Assembly: GCA_039815185.1 (NCBI GenBank) | Contig: JBCBZT010000004.1 | Span: forward strand, 64,001 to 128,000 | From: Cyanobacteria bacterium P01_A01_bin.123 | GTDB lineage: Bacteria; Cyanobacteriota; Cyanobacteriia; Phormidesmidales; Phormidesmidaceae | Direction of reading: 5' to 3' | DNA length: 64,000 bases | Part shown: positions 1 to 10,018 of the stretch, piece after piece | Layout of the letters: the number at the start of each line of letters is the position of its first letter | Numbering within the stretch: position 1 is the stretch's first letter | Position numbers and translations under genes: made by a program | The notes under the pieces: model-generated | Seen by the model: the letters and a program-made list of their open reading frames with translations, nothing else | The model's database searches: none | What the model was told of the DNA's origin: nothing

Positions 1-403
1 GAGCTTGGGGGTAGCGATGTTGTAGTGCCTGGGCCAGGTAGGTAAAGGTGGCATAAAAGCTGATGTCCCCTTCGCAGGCAAATACCACGTCTTGCCCGGT
101 CGCCAGATAGGGCCAAACGGTGGCGGCAGCAGCATGCCATGCCTCGGCTAGGGTAGCGGTGTCACGCACATAGGGAAACGTGAGCGGCAGTTGAGTTTGT
201 GCCGGAGACAGCCATTTGGCGATCGCCCGTTGAGCCACTCCCAATCGCCCTTTAATCCCAGCTGGAAATGCCACCACGGGTGCTGATTGTAGGTATCGCA
301 GGGCTTTAACGGTAATCAACTCTGGGTCGCCAGGGCCAATGCCAATGCCAATCAAGGTTCCCCTAGCAACATTAGTCGCAGCATCAGTTAAAGCGTCAGG
401 CAC
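1..403 (-). CDS. cobI: precorrin-2 C(20)-methyltransferase (runs off the window start)
   Basis: Manual translation from GTG at 403 gives GTLIGIGIGPGDPELITVKALRYLQSAPVVAFP...VVFACEGDISFY, the tetrapyrrole methylase signature. Not in the ORF track because it is truncated. Confidence 0.88.
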   Translation of the reverse strand, partial: MPDALTDAATNVARGTLIGIGIGPGDPELITVKALRYLQSAPVVAFPAGIKGRLGVAQRAIAKWLSPAQTQLPLTFPYVRDTATLAEAWHAAAATVWPYLATGQDVVFACEGDISFYATFTYLAQALQHRYPQA

Positions 404-481
404 GATGAGTTTTGTGCTGGGCGGAGCCAGAATCTCTAATAATGGAACAGTTGCTCTCTCTATTTAATCAGGCTCAGCGCT

Positions 482-1180
482 ATGCCCTTGCCCACGGTCA
501 TTTTGCCAGGATACCTGGCCGGGTCTTCCCCCTATGGTGGCATGGAAGCCCACTTAAAAACTTTGGGGTATCCAGCGGTGACGGTACCCCTGACGCGCTG
601 GACTTGGTTACCCACCTTGGGTGGACGCTCAATTACCCCAATTATTAAGTGCTTGGCCCAGACCATTGAACAAACCATGGCAAGCTATCAAGTCGATCGG
701 GTTAATCTGGTGGGGCACTCAGCCGGGGGCTGGATTGGGCGGATCTATTTGGGCAATCGCGCCTATGACATTCACCCCCGCGATCGCGATGCCTCTGCAT
801 GGAGTGGTCATCGCCATGTCGCCCGTCTGATCACGCTGGGAACCCCCCACACCAGCCAAGAACGCTGGACCCGCCGCAATCTCGATTTCGTCAACCAAAC
901 CTATCCCGGTGCCTTTGAGTCAGATGTGACCTACTTCTGCGTAGCGGGTAAATCCGTCTACGGCAAACGCGACCTCAAAGGATGGTTCCCTTACAATAGC
1001 TATCTACTCACCAGCGGCCAAGGTAACTGCTGGGGAGACGGCATTACCCCGATTATTGCAGCCCATCTGGAAGGTGCGACCAACGTGACGCTACCGGATG
1101 TATACCATTCGCCCCAGCCAGGGGTGAGTTGGTACGGCACGCCCAAGGTGATCGAACAGTGGGCTGGCTTTTTGGGTTAG
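482..1180 (+). CDS. alpha/beta hydrolase (lipase/esterase-like)
   Basis: GHSAGG nucleophile elbow, LITLGTPH, GDGITP and a C-terminal His. Confidence 0.85.
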   Translation: MPLPTVILPGYLAGSSPYGGMEAHLKTLGYPAVTVPLTRWTWLPTLGGRSITPIIKCLAQTIEQTMASYQVDRVNLVGHSAGGWIGRIYLGNRAYDIHPRDRDASAWSGHRHVARLITLGTPHTSQERWTRRNLDFVNQTYPGAFESDVTYFCVAGKSVYGKRDLKGWFPYNSYLLTSGQGNCWGDGITPIIAAHLEGATNVTLPDVYHSPQPGVSWYGTPKVIEQWAGFLG

Positions 1181-1210
1181 CGCTTCGCCCAAGCCAGAAC
1201 CGATCGGTTT

Positions 1211-1253
1211 ATATCGCGCTGGCCAGCTTGCTTAATGCACCGAGTATCGCTGG
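1211..1253 (-). repeat. partial (3' half) copy of the 105-bp dispersed structured repeat
   Basis: The reverse complement CCAGCGATACTCGGTGCATTAAGCAAGCTGGCCAGCGCGATAT matches the 3' half of the copies at 2647, 23602 and 47361. It lies immediately after the rhlE stop. Confidence 0.85.
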
Positions 1254-1255
1254 TA

Positions 1256-2557
1256 TTACTGCTTGGCCGAGGATCTGCGCCGCCTACCCCCACCCGTTTT
1301 CACCTGGGGCTGGGAGCGCCCTTGGCCGTGGCGTCGCGGTTGTGACCGTCCCTGACTGGGCCGTGTTCGTCCCTTGCCGTTGCGTCCATTTTGAATCGGT
1401 TCTGGTTGGATGCTAAGGTCCGGCTCGTAACCCTCTAGAACAATCTTGGGAATCTCGCGTTTCAACAGTCGTTCGATATCCCGCAACAGCTTATGCTCAT
1501 CCACACACACGAGGGAAACGGCTTGTCCCTCGTTGCCAGCGCGACCCGTGCGGCCAATCCGATGCACATAGTCTTCTGGCACATTGGGCAATTCGTAATT
1601 CACCACGTGGGGAAGCTGGGCAATATCTAAACCCCGGGCTGCAATATCGGTGGCAACCAACACCCGCACGCCGCCGCTCTTAAAGGCTGCCAAGGCTCGG
1701 GTGCGAGCCCCCTGACTCTTGTTGCCATGGATAGCAGCGGAACTCAGACCGTCCTTTTCTAGCTGCTGAGCTAAACGGTTAGCCCCGTGCTTGGTGCGCG
1801 TAAAGACCAACACCTGACGCCAGTTTTGGGAACCGATCATGTGGCTGAGCAATTCTCGCTTACGGCTTCTATCCACGGGGTGAACGACCTGATCGATCCC
1901 CTCTGCGGTGGCATTTTGGCGGGCGACCTCAATCAGCTCAGGACTGTTAAGCAACCGATCCGCTAACCGTTTAATGTCATCGGAGAATGTGGCAGAGAAA
2001 AGTAAATTTTGGCGATCGCCTCTTTCAGGCAGTAACGCCAGCACCTTACGGATGTCATGGATGAAGCCCATATCCAGCATGCGATCAGCTTCGTCCAGTA
2101 CCAGGATTTCGATTTGCGACAAATCCACCGTCTTCTGCCCTGCGTGATCGAGCAGCCGACCGGGTGTGGCCACCAGGATATCAACCCCCCGTTGCAGCTT
2201 TTGGATCTGTGGATTGATTTTGACACCGCCGAAAACCACTGCCGATTTCAGCGACAAGTGACGACCGTAGGTTTCCACACTGTCACCAACCTGGGCTGCC
2301 AACTCCCGAGTTGGAGTCAGTACTAGGGCTCGAATGGGTCGCCGCCCCTTCTTAATCGGTTTTACGCTCAGCCGCTGCAACATTGGCAGTGTGAAACCGG
2401 CCGTCTTGCCGGTGCCAGTTTGGGCACCCGCCATCACATCTTTACCTTCCAGAATCACAGGAATCGCTTGATGCTGGATCGGGGTGGGCTCACTGTAACC
2501 CTGCTCGTCGATGGCGCGCAGGAGTTCGGCCGAGAGGCCGAGGGTATCGAATGACAT
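1256..2557 (-). CDS. rhlE: DEAD-box RNA helicase, RhlE/CrhC type
   Basis: Q motif, [31 protein letters not shown] and a basic C-terminal tail. Confidence 0.93.
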   Translation of the reverse strand: MSFDTLGLSAELLRAIDEQGYSEPTPIQHQAIPVILEGKDVMAGAQTGTGKTAGFTLPMLQRLSVKPIKKGRRPIRALVLTPTRELAAQVGDSVETYGRHLSLKSAVVFGGVKINPQIQKLQRGVDILVATPGRLLDHAGQKTVDLSQIEILVLDEADRMLDMGFIHDIRKVLALLPERGDRQNLLFSATFSDDIKRLADRLLNSPELIEVARQNATAEGIDQVVHPVDRSRKRELLSHMIGSQNWRQVLVFTRTKHGANRLAQQLEKDGLSSAAIHGNKSQGARTRALAAFKSGGVRVLVATDIAARGLDIAQLPHVVNYELPNVPEDYVHRIGRTGRAGNEGQAVSLVCVDEHKLLRDIERLLKREIPKIVLEGYEPDLSIQPEPIQNGRNGKGRTRPSQGRSQPRRHGQGRSQPQVKTGGGRRRRSSAKQ

Positions 2558-2646
2558 TAGGGGTATTACTCCGGATTTGCCTTCTCGGTAGCAGCATTTG
2601 CAGACTGGAACCGATCTGGGCTGGATAAGTGAATTCTTTAGAGAGT

Positions 2647-2751
2647 TATAGCCGTAGCCACAAAGCTTGGTGCGCTACGGCGGGCCAGATTGCCTGTGTG
2701 TTGAGCATCCCAGCGATACTAGGTGCATTTAACAATCTTGCCAGCGCTATA
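2647..2751 (+). repeat. 105-bp dispersed structured repeat, full copy
   Basis: TATAGC...GCTATA ends. Nearly identical to 47361-47465. Confidence 0.92.
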
Positions 2752-2980
2752 TCTTATTAACTATTGCTTTATGCCAAACTCAAAACTCCATCCTATGTCA
2801 AAACCCTACTGCAAGAGAAATGACCTGTTGGTTTAAAGGCAATTCTCCCCGTTACAGTATTGGGAGCAGCTTCATTTCAATCCACCTGCTGGCTTTGGTT
2901 TCATCCCAACCCATGAATAAATCTGTGGGTGATAAGGGCAGATTTGCGGGGTGAGTGGCTGTTTTGAGCCTTGGGGTGAC

Positions 2981-3565
2981 TTATGAGGCAGCTCGATCAC
3001 CCGATCTGATTTTTTCGATGATGTCATCTGTATCGACAATAACCGCAAACTCATCGTGCAAGCTTGCTAAGGCAGTTGCATGGATTTCTTCTGATGTGTA
3101 GTGTTTACCGTCATAACTCGTTCGTTCAAAAGTGGCCGTTCCATCTGAGACTAAAAACACCCTAAACCCAAGATTGGCCGCCATCCGGATTGAGGTAGAA
3201 ACACAATGGTCGGTTGTTAAACCCACAACGACGAGTGAATCAATAGTGTTGTCTCGTAGATGCGATTCTAGGGATGTGCCAATGAAAGCACTATTAACCG
3301 TCTTTTGGAAAATGGGTTCATGGCTCAACGGTTTCACTTCAGATTTAAACTCGCAGCCAGGTTGATCCGCTCGCAACGGAGATTGTGGCGAAACTGATAA
3401 ATGCTGGATATGGATAACAGGGCGACCAGTTCCCCGCCAAATCTGTAAAAGCCGAGCCATATTGTTTTCTGCCTGGAGATTATTACGTTCTCCCCAAACG
3501 AAATCGTCGAATCCCTGTTGAACATCAATGAGCATTAACGCGGTATTTGAAGGAATATTTGCCAT
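2981..3565 (-). CDS. isochorismatase-family cysteine hydrolase
   Basis: TALMLIDVQQGF, K-x2-NSAF, GLTTDHCVSTS. ATG at 3565 preferred over 3592. Confidence 0.9.
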   Translation of the reverse strand: MANIPSNTALMLIDVQQGFDDFVWGERNNLQAENNMARLLQIWRGTGRPVIHIQHLSVSPQSPLRADQPGCEFKSEVKPLSHEPIFQKTVNSAFIGTSLESHLRDNTIDSLVVVGLTTDHCVSTSIRMAANLGFRVFLVSDGTATFERTSYDGKHYTSEEIHATALASLHDEFAVIVDTDDIIEKIRSGDRAAS

Positions 3566-3772
3566 GATTTTCAATCCAACCCATAGGAACATGTAATCGT
3601 GTGAATTAGCTGGATCAACAACCTACGTAAAACCTGTAAGCTAGCATGGGAAAACCAGGCGACCCGTGGGCTGAAAATCGTCTATCGTTTCCATTGAATA
3701 TTATTTTTGCTGATCCTGCTTTATGATTAGCAACCCCAACTGTTTAAACCCACCTCGGAGTTTTGAGGTCAA

Positions 3773-4459
3773 ATGAAAACAGCTCCTCGTTCACTCGAAC
3801 AAACATTCATTGACAACATCCATCAAATTCTATTGTCGGGGCTAACCCTGGAAAGCCAAAATCATTTTGATCCAGTGGTTGTCCATCGGCTGCCGTCCCC
3901 TTGGCAGTTAGTGGGTGCAGGTAATTACGCCGCTGTCTTCTGCCATCCAGACTATGCTGATTACGTGGTCAAGGTCTACGCACCAAGACGTCCTGGTTGG
4001 TTAGATGAGGTTGCGGTTTATCAGCGGTTGGGGCAACATCCCGGATTTTCGACTTGTTTCCATGCCGAGCCCAATTTTTTAGTTCTCAAACGTTTAGAAG
4101 GCGTTACCCTTTATGACTGCTTAGCACAGGGCAAAAAGATTCCTAAGCAGGTGATTCAAGACGTTGATTGTGCATTAGCTGACGCTCGCGATCGCGGCCT
4201 AAACCCCCACGATATCCACGGTCGCAATGTCATGATGTACCACGGTAGAGGGCTAGTCGTCGATGTTTCGGACTTTCTCAAACCCGAAACTTGTACCGCC
4301 TGGAACGATCTTAGAAAAGCCTACTACTGGTTTTATCGACCCTTCCTAGCCCCTTTGAGTTTGCGAGTGCCTTACAGAGTACTGAACTGGGTTCGTAAGG
4401 GTTATCGCTGGTTTCGACGCATGCGGCGACGATGGTCAACAGGGCGAGCAATGCTATGA
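3773..4459 (+). CDS. Ser/Thr protein kinase-like protein (minimal kinase fold)
   Basis: GAGNYAAVF glycine loop, VVKVY, HDIHGRNVM catalytic loop, VVDVSDF. Confidence 0.8.
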   Translation: MKTAPRSLEQTFIDNIHQILLSGLTLESQNHFDPVVVHRLPSPWQLVGAGNYAAVFCHPDYADYVVKVYAPRRPGWLDEVAVYQRLGQHPGFSTCFHAEPNFLVLKRLEGVTLYDCLAQGKKIPKQVIQDVDCALADARDRGLNPHDIHGRNVMMYHGRGLVVDVSDFLKPETCTAWNDLRKAYYWFYRPFLAPLSLRVPYRVLNWVRKGYRWFRRMRRRWSTGRAML

Positions 4460-4526
4460 ACAGCCTGGTCAACGATCTCAGATCAAAGATCTAAAGTGGG
4501 GAGAGTTCTATCGAAGAAGGCCCACT

Positions 4527-4892
4527 ATGCGTCTTGCCTCCCTGCTGATGATCGTGCTTGTTAATATTGTTGTCTTTATCGGTGGCGTTGTTGTTGGGGT
4601 TACAGGCCTAATTGCTATTGAAGACTACCTCGGTGCCAAGGTTAGTGTCGCAGGTATCTTAATGTTAGAAACCAATGACGATCCGACTGCAAGCGCATTG
4701 CCCCCTAAGGGTTACTACGTTGAATCTAGCGGCGCTCAGCGACTATACATTGACACTGCGGAAGTAGACAGCGCTGCGTACCTCGATCGAACCATTCGGG
4801 CCTACGGCAAACTGGATACCATCTGCGGCCCAGATGGGTTGCCTTGTTATCCGGTGGTGACACAGGCCACCCTTGACGAAATCCCTCGTTAG
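4527..4892 (+). CDS. hypothetical membrane-anchored protein
   Basis: AGAAGG before the ATG, hydrophobic N-terminal helix, and a C-terminal CGPDGLPC Cys pair. Confidence 0.6.
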   Translation: MRLASLLMIVLVNIVVFIGGVVVGVTGLIAIEDYLGAKVSVAGILMLETNDDPTASALPPKGYYVESSGAQRLYIDTAEVDSAAYLDRTIRAYGKLDTICGPDGLPCYPVVTQATLDEIPR

Positions 4893-4951
4893 GAGTGATG
4901 CGGTGTCGGGACGTATCCACAAGCGATCGCTGTGTTTTGTGCCTCTAAGGG

Positions 4952-5395
4952 CTATGTCGATATCAACAGTTTTTTATTCTGGGGAGGAAAGATTTCAATA
5001 TTTTGGCTATTTTGAGTTGCGTCTGTAATCATCTGCCGACCTTGATGAATCGCTGCATAGATAGCCTCTTCATAACTGGTTCGCTCAAATGTCAATGTCC
5101 TTGACGGCCTGGGCTGGGTAATCAACCAACTAACCAGGCCTTGACGATGCAGAACGTTGATACCACGGACAATGCCAATGCAGCCTGGAACACCACACCC
5201 ACAAGTGATGATGTAGAACTGGCCATCCTGATGCATAGATTGAACTAATGCTGCCAAATCTACAGCGTAATAACTAAAGTCAGTGAACGCTTGACCATCC
5301 ACGAAAATTTCAAACGTCAGATTTGGAGGTTGAGTATCTTCCGCGCGACGCTCTCCCAACTTACAGAAGACTTTGAACTGATTGACTAAATCCAT
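4952..5395 (-). CDS. hypothetical protein with CGCG-x3-C motif
   Basis: Open frame containing IITCGCGVPGC. The longer 5518 start runs through a palindromic repeat, so ATG 5395 is preferred. Confidence 0.55.
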   Translation of the reverse strand: MDLVNQFKVFCKLGERRAEDTQPPNLTFEIFVDGQAFTDFSYYAVDLAALVQSMHQDGQFYIITCGCGVPGCIGIVRGINVLHRQGLVSWLITQPRPSRTLTFERTSYEEAIYAAIHQGRQMITDATQNSQNIEIFPPQNKKLLIST

Positions 5396-5417
5396 GTCTT
5401 CAAAAAGAGACTGATCA

Positions 5418-5504
5418 GATCCCCCTTTCCCCTTAAAAAAGGGGACAAGTCCAGTCTCAATCGGGATAGGCCCCTTTGCAAGGGGGCGGCGACAGCGGGG
5501 GATC
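5418..5504. repeat. GC-rich palindromic REP-like element
   Basis: GATCCCCC...GGGGGATC termini with internal CCCCTT-AAAA-AAGGGG and CCCCTTTGCAAGGGG hairpins, of the kind common in cyanobacterial intergenic DNA. Confidence 0.65.
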
Positions 5505-5526
5505 CTCAACAATAACAATCAGTACT

Positions 5527-6375
5527 CTAGAATTGGACGCTGCCAACAGTGTCGTACCAAACTGTACTGGCTGAGGTCAAGATTGCAGGCCACTGCGCGT
5601 CTGCCAAAGCAATATTGCCAGGGATATCAGCCGACCATTCTTCCTGTACGGCTAGGCTGTAGTTGAGATAGAGTTTGCCATCTTCAATCGTCCAAGCTTC
5701 AGGGACGGTTGACGCCAAATTGCCTTCACTCAACGCCTTAGCGCAATAGCCACCATACTGAGGGGCATAGGCTTCAGGATTGCTAGCAAACAGCTGCTTG
5801 TTTTCATTGCTAGAAAACTGCCAGGTCGCACCATTCCATTCGTATGTGTACGCGCTGCTGCCTTCAACCGGAGCACCTTCGGTAAAGTAAGCAACGGGAT
5901 CGTAGCCCCGAATCGCTAGACTATCGCCAGTTGCAGGGTCAGCATAAACCGCTGGAATCTCAGTCCCGACAATAGCAGCAGCACACGGGTCTGCGGCAGC
6001 AGCACACGGGTCAGCAGCGGCACATGGGTCAGCAGCGGCACACGGGTCAGCAGCACATGGGTTAGCAGCGGCGCAAGGGTCAACGGCAGCAGCACAAGGG
6101 TCAACGGCAGCGGCGCAAGGATCTACAGCAGCAGCACAGGGATCTACAGCAGCAGCACAGGGATCTACAGCGGCAGCACAAGGGTCAACGGCGGCTGCAC
6201 AGGGATCAGCAGCAGCACAGGGGTCAACGGCTGCACAGGGATCAGCAGCAGCACAAGGATCAACCGCAGCAGCACAGGGATCAGCACTGACAGGTTGCAT
6301 GTGAGTGAAGGTACCCACAGCAGTCAAACCTACAATAGAGGCAACAACAAGTGCGGAAAAATATTTGACTTTCAT
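5527..6375 (-). CDS. exported YHS-domain protein with 16 (D/N)PCAA repeats
   Basis: Signal peptide, Cys-Pro repeat tract, and a C-terminal AIRGYDPVAYF...FSSNENKQLF...YAPQYGGYCA...GKLYLNY YHS-type domain. Confidence 0.85.
   Translation of the reverse strand: MKVKYFSALVVASIVGLTAVGTFTHMQPVSADPCAAAVDPCAAADPCAAVDPCAAADPCAAAVDPCAAAVDPCAAAVDPCAAAVDPCAAAVDPCAAAVDPCAAANPCAADPCAAADPCAAADPCAAAADPCAAAIVGTEIPAVYADPATGDSLAIRGYDPVAYFTEGAPVEGSSAYTYEWNGATWQFSSNENKQLFASNPEAYAPQYGGYCAKALSEGNLASTVPEAWTIEDGKLYLNYSLAVQEEWSADIPGNIALADAQWPAILTSASTVWYDTVGSVQF
5974..6282 (-). repeat. coding tandem repeat of 15-21-bp units encoding (D/N)PCAA(A/V)
   Basis: 16 units, 103 codons, directly visible. Confidence 0.95.
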
Positions 6376-6547
6376 AGGATAGTTAGTTGCAAAGCTAAGA
6401 GGATTAGGAAGTTTCGAAACTTGAAAATCGAGTCGTGTTTTCTCAAAACACAGCTGAAGCTATAGTGACATCTCTCCATTCACCAACATGAGTAATGGAT
6501 AAGAAGGCATTTAGAAACCCATTAATTCAGTAGATCGCTGGGGCAAA

Positions 6548-9500
6548 TTACTGGCCATAAAGCTGGTGAAATAATCCAGGACTTTCGGTATCACCCACTA
6601 CCAGATCACGAAGCAAATCATAATGCCAAGACTTTAAAACCTGTGCACTCTGGATAGCAATGATGTGTAGTTTGCTAACCTGATCAACTTGGCTAGCCGC
6701 TTCTAAGGCAGATTGAGCCATCCAGTCTGCAAGGGGATGTTCCCACTGCTGCAAAAACTGATCAATCAGATCGCGATCGCCCCCATTGCCGCCCACCTGA
6801 CCATAAAGCTGTTTTCCACCCACAGGTTTAATCGATTTGAGCGCACTATCCTTGAGCGATCGCCACTGATCTGCCAACAATGGTGGCAACATCCCCAAGG
6901 TGTATTTCTTTGCAGGACTCAGAGACAACCCACCGACTTCTGGGCCACTGTGGGTCAGCGAAAAGTCATACAGGCTTTCAAAAAAGGGCTGAATCACTTC
7001 CCGCTCTACGACAAAGCCGAGATGTAAGCCCGCCTCAGAAAAATCTGCCAAATCCACGTTGCCCCCGCCCAAGCGCAGCAGCTCAGCCTGTTTGTAGGCG
7101 CGGTAGCAGTCTTTTTGACTGGCAGACTGGAGGCAATACCAAACGCGATCGCCCAATGCCTGCCGTACCGCACGCTTAATTGCCTTGGGGTCAATCTGCG
7201 CTGCGCTTTCACTGAGTTGGGACTGGAGGGTCGCGATGTGAGCTTCTTGATCTTGAATCGCAGAGGTTTGTTGTTGCAGGTCGCTCTGCAATGATTGGTA
7301 AGCTTGCTGCTGTTCAGTGGAGAGTTGATTATTTTTTTGCTTTAGTAGGGCCACTTGCTGAGTTAGGGTTTCAATCTGGCTGTCTTTTTCACTCAGCAGT
7401 TCATCTTTTTCCAGCAATAGCTGAGTCTTTTGGTGCAGTTCCAGCGCGCTCAGGCCGGCTCGCAGCAGGTTGAAGTAAAACGGGTCAGCTAAATCTACCG
7501 ATCGAGAGTCACCATTGGGCGTATGCAATGTGCCTTGACGCGTGGCAAGCTGCACCGTAATGCGATCGCCACCAGTATTTTGAATCGTCAACTCGCGGCC
7601 CTGCTGGGTTTGATAGGTGGCACACCCATATCGCCGCTTGCTGTAGTAGAACTCTGCGCGGGTTAGGAGTTGCCCGGTCGTTGGGGGGGGAGTGGGGGAG
7701 TGGGGGCTCGCCCTGAGCGAAGTCGAAGGGAGTGGGGGAGGAGTGGAGTTGGCAAGGAGCGGTTGGGGCGAGGTAGGTGTTTCAGAATCACTGCTGTTAA
7801 CTTTAGGAATATCGGGTTCGGCAACGGGTTCGGCAACTTTGAGTAAAGGCCGAGGGGGCTTCTGCTGGGTGGGTTCTTTAACGCCGATTAGCTCTAGCTC
7901 GACGTTTCTTTCCCCTTTCCATTCGTTCAACTTGAGCTTGTAGGCAATGTCTACCTGGTTCGGCAGAGGATAGTAGTCGCCCCAACGCCAAGCGATCGCT
8001 TTCATCGTTGCTGCCAAACTGCCGCCGCCGTGGGCAGCTTGACCGAGGGTGAGTTTGAGATGCGATCGCGTTTTGCCCACCGTTTGCTGCTCTAAAATCC
8101 GCACATTGGGGGTCCAAAACACCGGGTCAGGATTATCAATGCCGCAGGGGTGGAGTCGGTCGATTTGAGTGTACAAATCAAGGGTAAGCTGGGCTAGATT
8201 GGCCTGCACATCGACAGTAATTAGGGGTTTGAGATGCTCTAGTTCAAGCTGTTTGCGGGCAAAATTGCTCAACCGTGACTTCACCTGGCGCAGATTCTTC
8301 GCGGGGAACGAGAAGCCGCCTGCTGCCCGGTGACCGCCAAATTTGTTCATCAGATCATGACAGCTTTGCAGGGCATCGAAGACGTTGAACTCAGGGATGC
8401 TCCGGGCGGAACCGCGAATTTCTTTTTGGTCTTTGTCTTCGTAGGTGCCAATGAAGACGGGGACGCCATAGCGTTCTACCAGCCGAGACGCCACAATGCC
8501 AATCACCCCATGATGCCAATCGGGTTGCACCAGCACCAGCACTCGGGTTTCTACTAAATCGAGGCGGCCTGCGGCTTGTTCGGCCTCACACCAGGCGATC
8601 GCAGCTTCTTCAATCTGGCTGCACATGGCCTGACGCATTTGATTGGCTTCTTCGCACTGCATGGCCCGCTGCAAAGCCACACCCACATCGTCGGTGGTGA
8701 GCATATCAATCACAATCTGCGGATCGGCGATTCGCCCCACCGCGTTGATTCGGGGCCCCAAGCGAAAACCAATGGCCTCGGGTTTGAGTTCCCCCTGTTG
8801 GTTGCTTAACCCCGCCACCTGAATCAAGGCTTGTATACCGGGAAGGCGCGATCGCGGCAATAGCCCCAACCCCCGTCTCACCCAGCGCCGATTCACCCCA
8901 GTCAGCGGTGCCAAATCAGCAATCGTCCCCAGGGTAAATAGCTCCAGCAGTGGCGCGGTCAAATCCTGAGTGCGACGCAACGCCTGAGCCAAACAGATCG
9001 CCAAAATATAGGCTACTCCGACCCCAGCGACTCCCCGATAAGGCGATTCTGGTCGAATTAACTTAGGATTCAAAATGGCATTCGCTGGAGGAATCCGGGG
9101 CGGAACGTCGTGGTGATCGGTCACGATTACGGCCAAGCCTAATTCCCGAGCCCGAGCAATCGGATCAAACGCTGCAATGCCGTTGTCCACCGTGAGAATC
9201 AGACCCACCCCATCCCGGTGAAAATCTTCCACAATCCGGGTGTTGATACCGTAGCCTTCTTGCATGCGACTGGGGATGGCATAGTCTACCCGTGCCCCCA
9301 AAAAACGCAGTGCCCGCAGCAGCAGGGCCGTACTGGTCATGCCGTCGGCATCATAATCTCCACAAATGGCAATCTTTTGTTGGGTGGCAATGGTATTGAC
9401 CAGCAGTTCCAACGCCATCGGCAAATCGGGGAAGTCTTCTAGGGGCGAGGGCAGTTGCAGTTGCTCAGGCTCCATAAATTCCACCGCTGCGGGCGTTTGA

Positions 9501-9790
9501 TCAATGCCGCGATTGACCAACACCTGGGCTAGCAGTGGCGACAATCCCGTCGTCGCCACTAAATCTTGCACCGCTTCTGGTGCCTCTGGATAAATCTGCC
9601 ACCGCTGACGCGGTAGGTTACCCTGTGAGGACTGTTTGGGAGTGTTCGTCTGATGATCCGTGCTTGAACGTGTGGGCGACTTTGATGTTGCCTTTGTCGC
9701 AGCAGTTTCCGATGCCGCGTCGTCCCCATAGGGCAGAGAATCTGGCACAGCGTTTAAATCAAAATTTTCAGGCGTAACAGAATCAGGCAC
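6548..9790 (-). CDS. recJ: single-stranded-DNA exonuclease RecJ with a long C-terminal extension
   Basis: GDYDADG, TVDNG, TDHH, GTIAD, GPRINAVGR, GSARS and GGHRAAGG motifs, followed by about 440 extra residues. Confidence 0.93.
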   Translation of the reverse strand: MPDSVTPENFDLNAVPDSLPYGDDAASETAATKATSKSPTRSSTDHQTNTPKQSSQGNLPRQRWQIYPEAPEAVQDLVATTGLSPLLAQVLVNRGIDQTPAAVEFMEPEQLQLPSPLEDFPDLPMALELLVNTIATQQKIAICGDYDADGMTSTALLLRALRFLGARVDYAIPSRMQEGYGINTRIVEDFHRDGVGLILTVDNGIAAFDPIARARELGLAVIVTDHHDVPPRIPPANAILNPKLIRPESPYRGVAGVGVAYILAICLAQALRRTQDLTAPLLELFTLGTIADLAPLTGVNRRWVRRGLGLLPRSRLPGIQALIQVAGLSNQQGELKPEAIGFRLGPRINAVGRIADPQIVIDMLTTDDVGVALQRAMQCEEANQMRQAMCSQIEEAAIAWCEAEQAAGRLDLVETRVLVLVQPDWHHGVIGIVASRLVERYGVPVFIGTYEDKDQKEIRGSARSIPEFNVFDALQSCHDLMNKFGGHRAAGGFSFPAKNLRQVKSRLSNFARKQLELEHLKPLITVDVQANLAQLTLDLYTQIDRLHPCGIDNPDPVFWTPNVRILEQQTVGKTRSHLKLTLGQAAHGGGSLAATMKAIAWRWGDYYPLPNQVDIAYKLKLNEWKGERNVELELIGVKEPTQQKPPRPLLKVAEPVAEPDIPKVNSSDSETPTSPQPLLANSTPPPLPSTSLRASPHSPTPPPTTGQLLTRAEFYYSKRRYGCATYQTQQGRELTIQNTGGDRITVQLATRQGTLHTPNGDSRSVDLADPFYFNLLRAGLSALELHQKTQLLLEKDELLSEKDSQIETLTQQVALLKQKNNQLSTEQQQAYQSLQSDLQQQTSAIQDQEAHIATLQSQLSESAAQIDPKAIKRAVRQALGDRVWYCLQSASQKDCYRAYKQAELLRLGGGNVDLADFSEAGLHLGFVVEREVIQPFFESLYDFSLTHSGPEVGGLSLSPAKKYTLGMLPPLLADQWRSLKDSALKSIKPVGGKQLYGQVGGNGGDRDLIDQFLQQWEHPLADWMAQSALEAASQVDQVSKLHIIAIQSAQVLKSWHYDLLRDLVVGDTESPGLFHQLYGQ
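7705..7730. repeat. short dispersed repeat embedded in frame in the recJ linker
   Basis: GCCCTGAGCGAAGTCGAAGGG (encodes PSTSLRA) inside a GGGGAGT tandem tract. Confidence 0.6.
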
Positions 9791-10018
9791 GATGGGGCAA
9801 CAAACAGCGCATTAAATTAGAGCGTCTGTACTAGCATTAGAGACTGCTTTAAATGGTAACCACGGTCGCGCGCTATGGTAGCGGGTCTCGGAAACTTTAA
9901 AGAATTTGGAACAGGGTCACAGGACAAAATGCTATCCCCCAGATCTACCACCACACGATGCTGACTCTAGCCACGTATGTGGATTAACTGCCCAGCACCA
10001 GCCAAGTTAAGGTCAGCA

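Noticed and set aside
5974..6282. Tandem repeats as a CRISPR array
   Set aside because: There are no unique spacers. The units are in-frame coding repeats with synonymous variation, and no cas genes are present.
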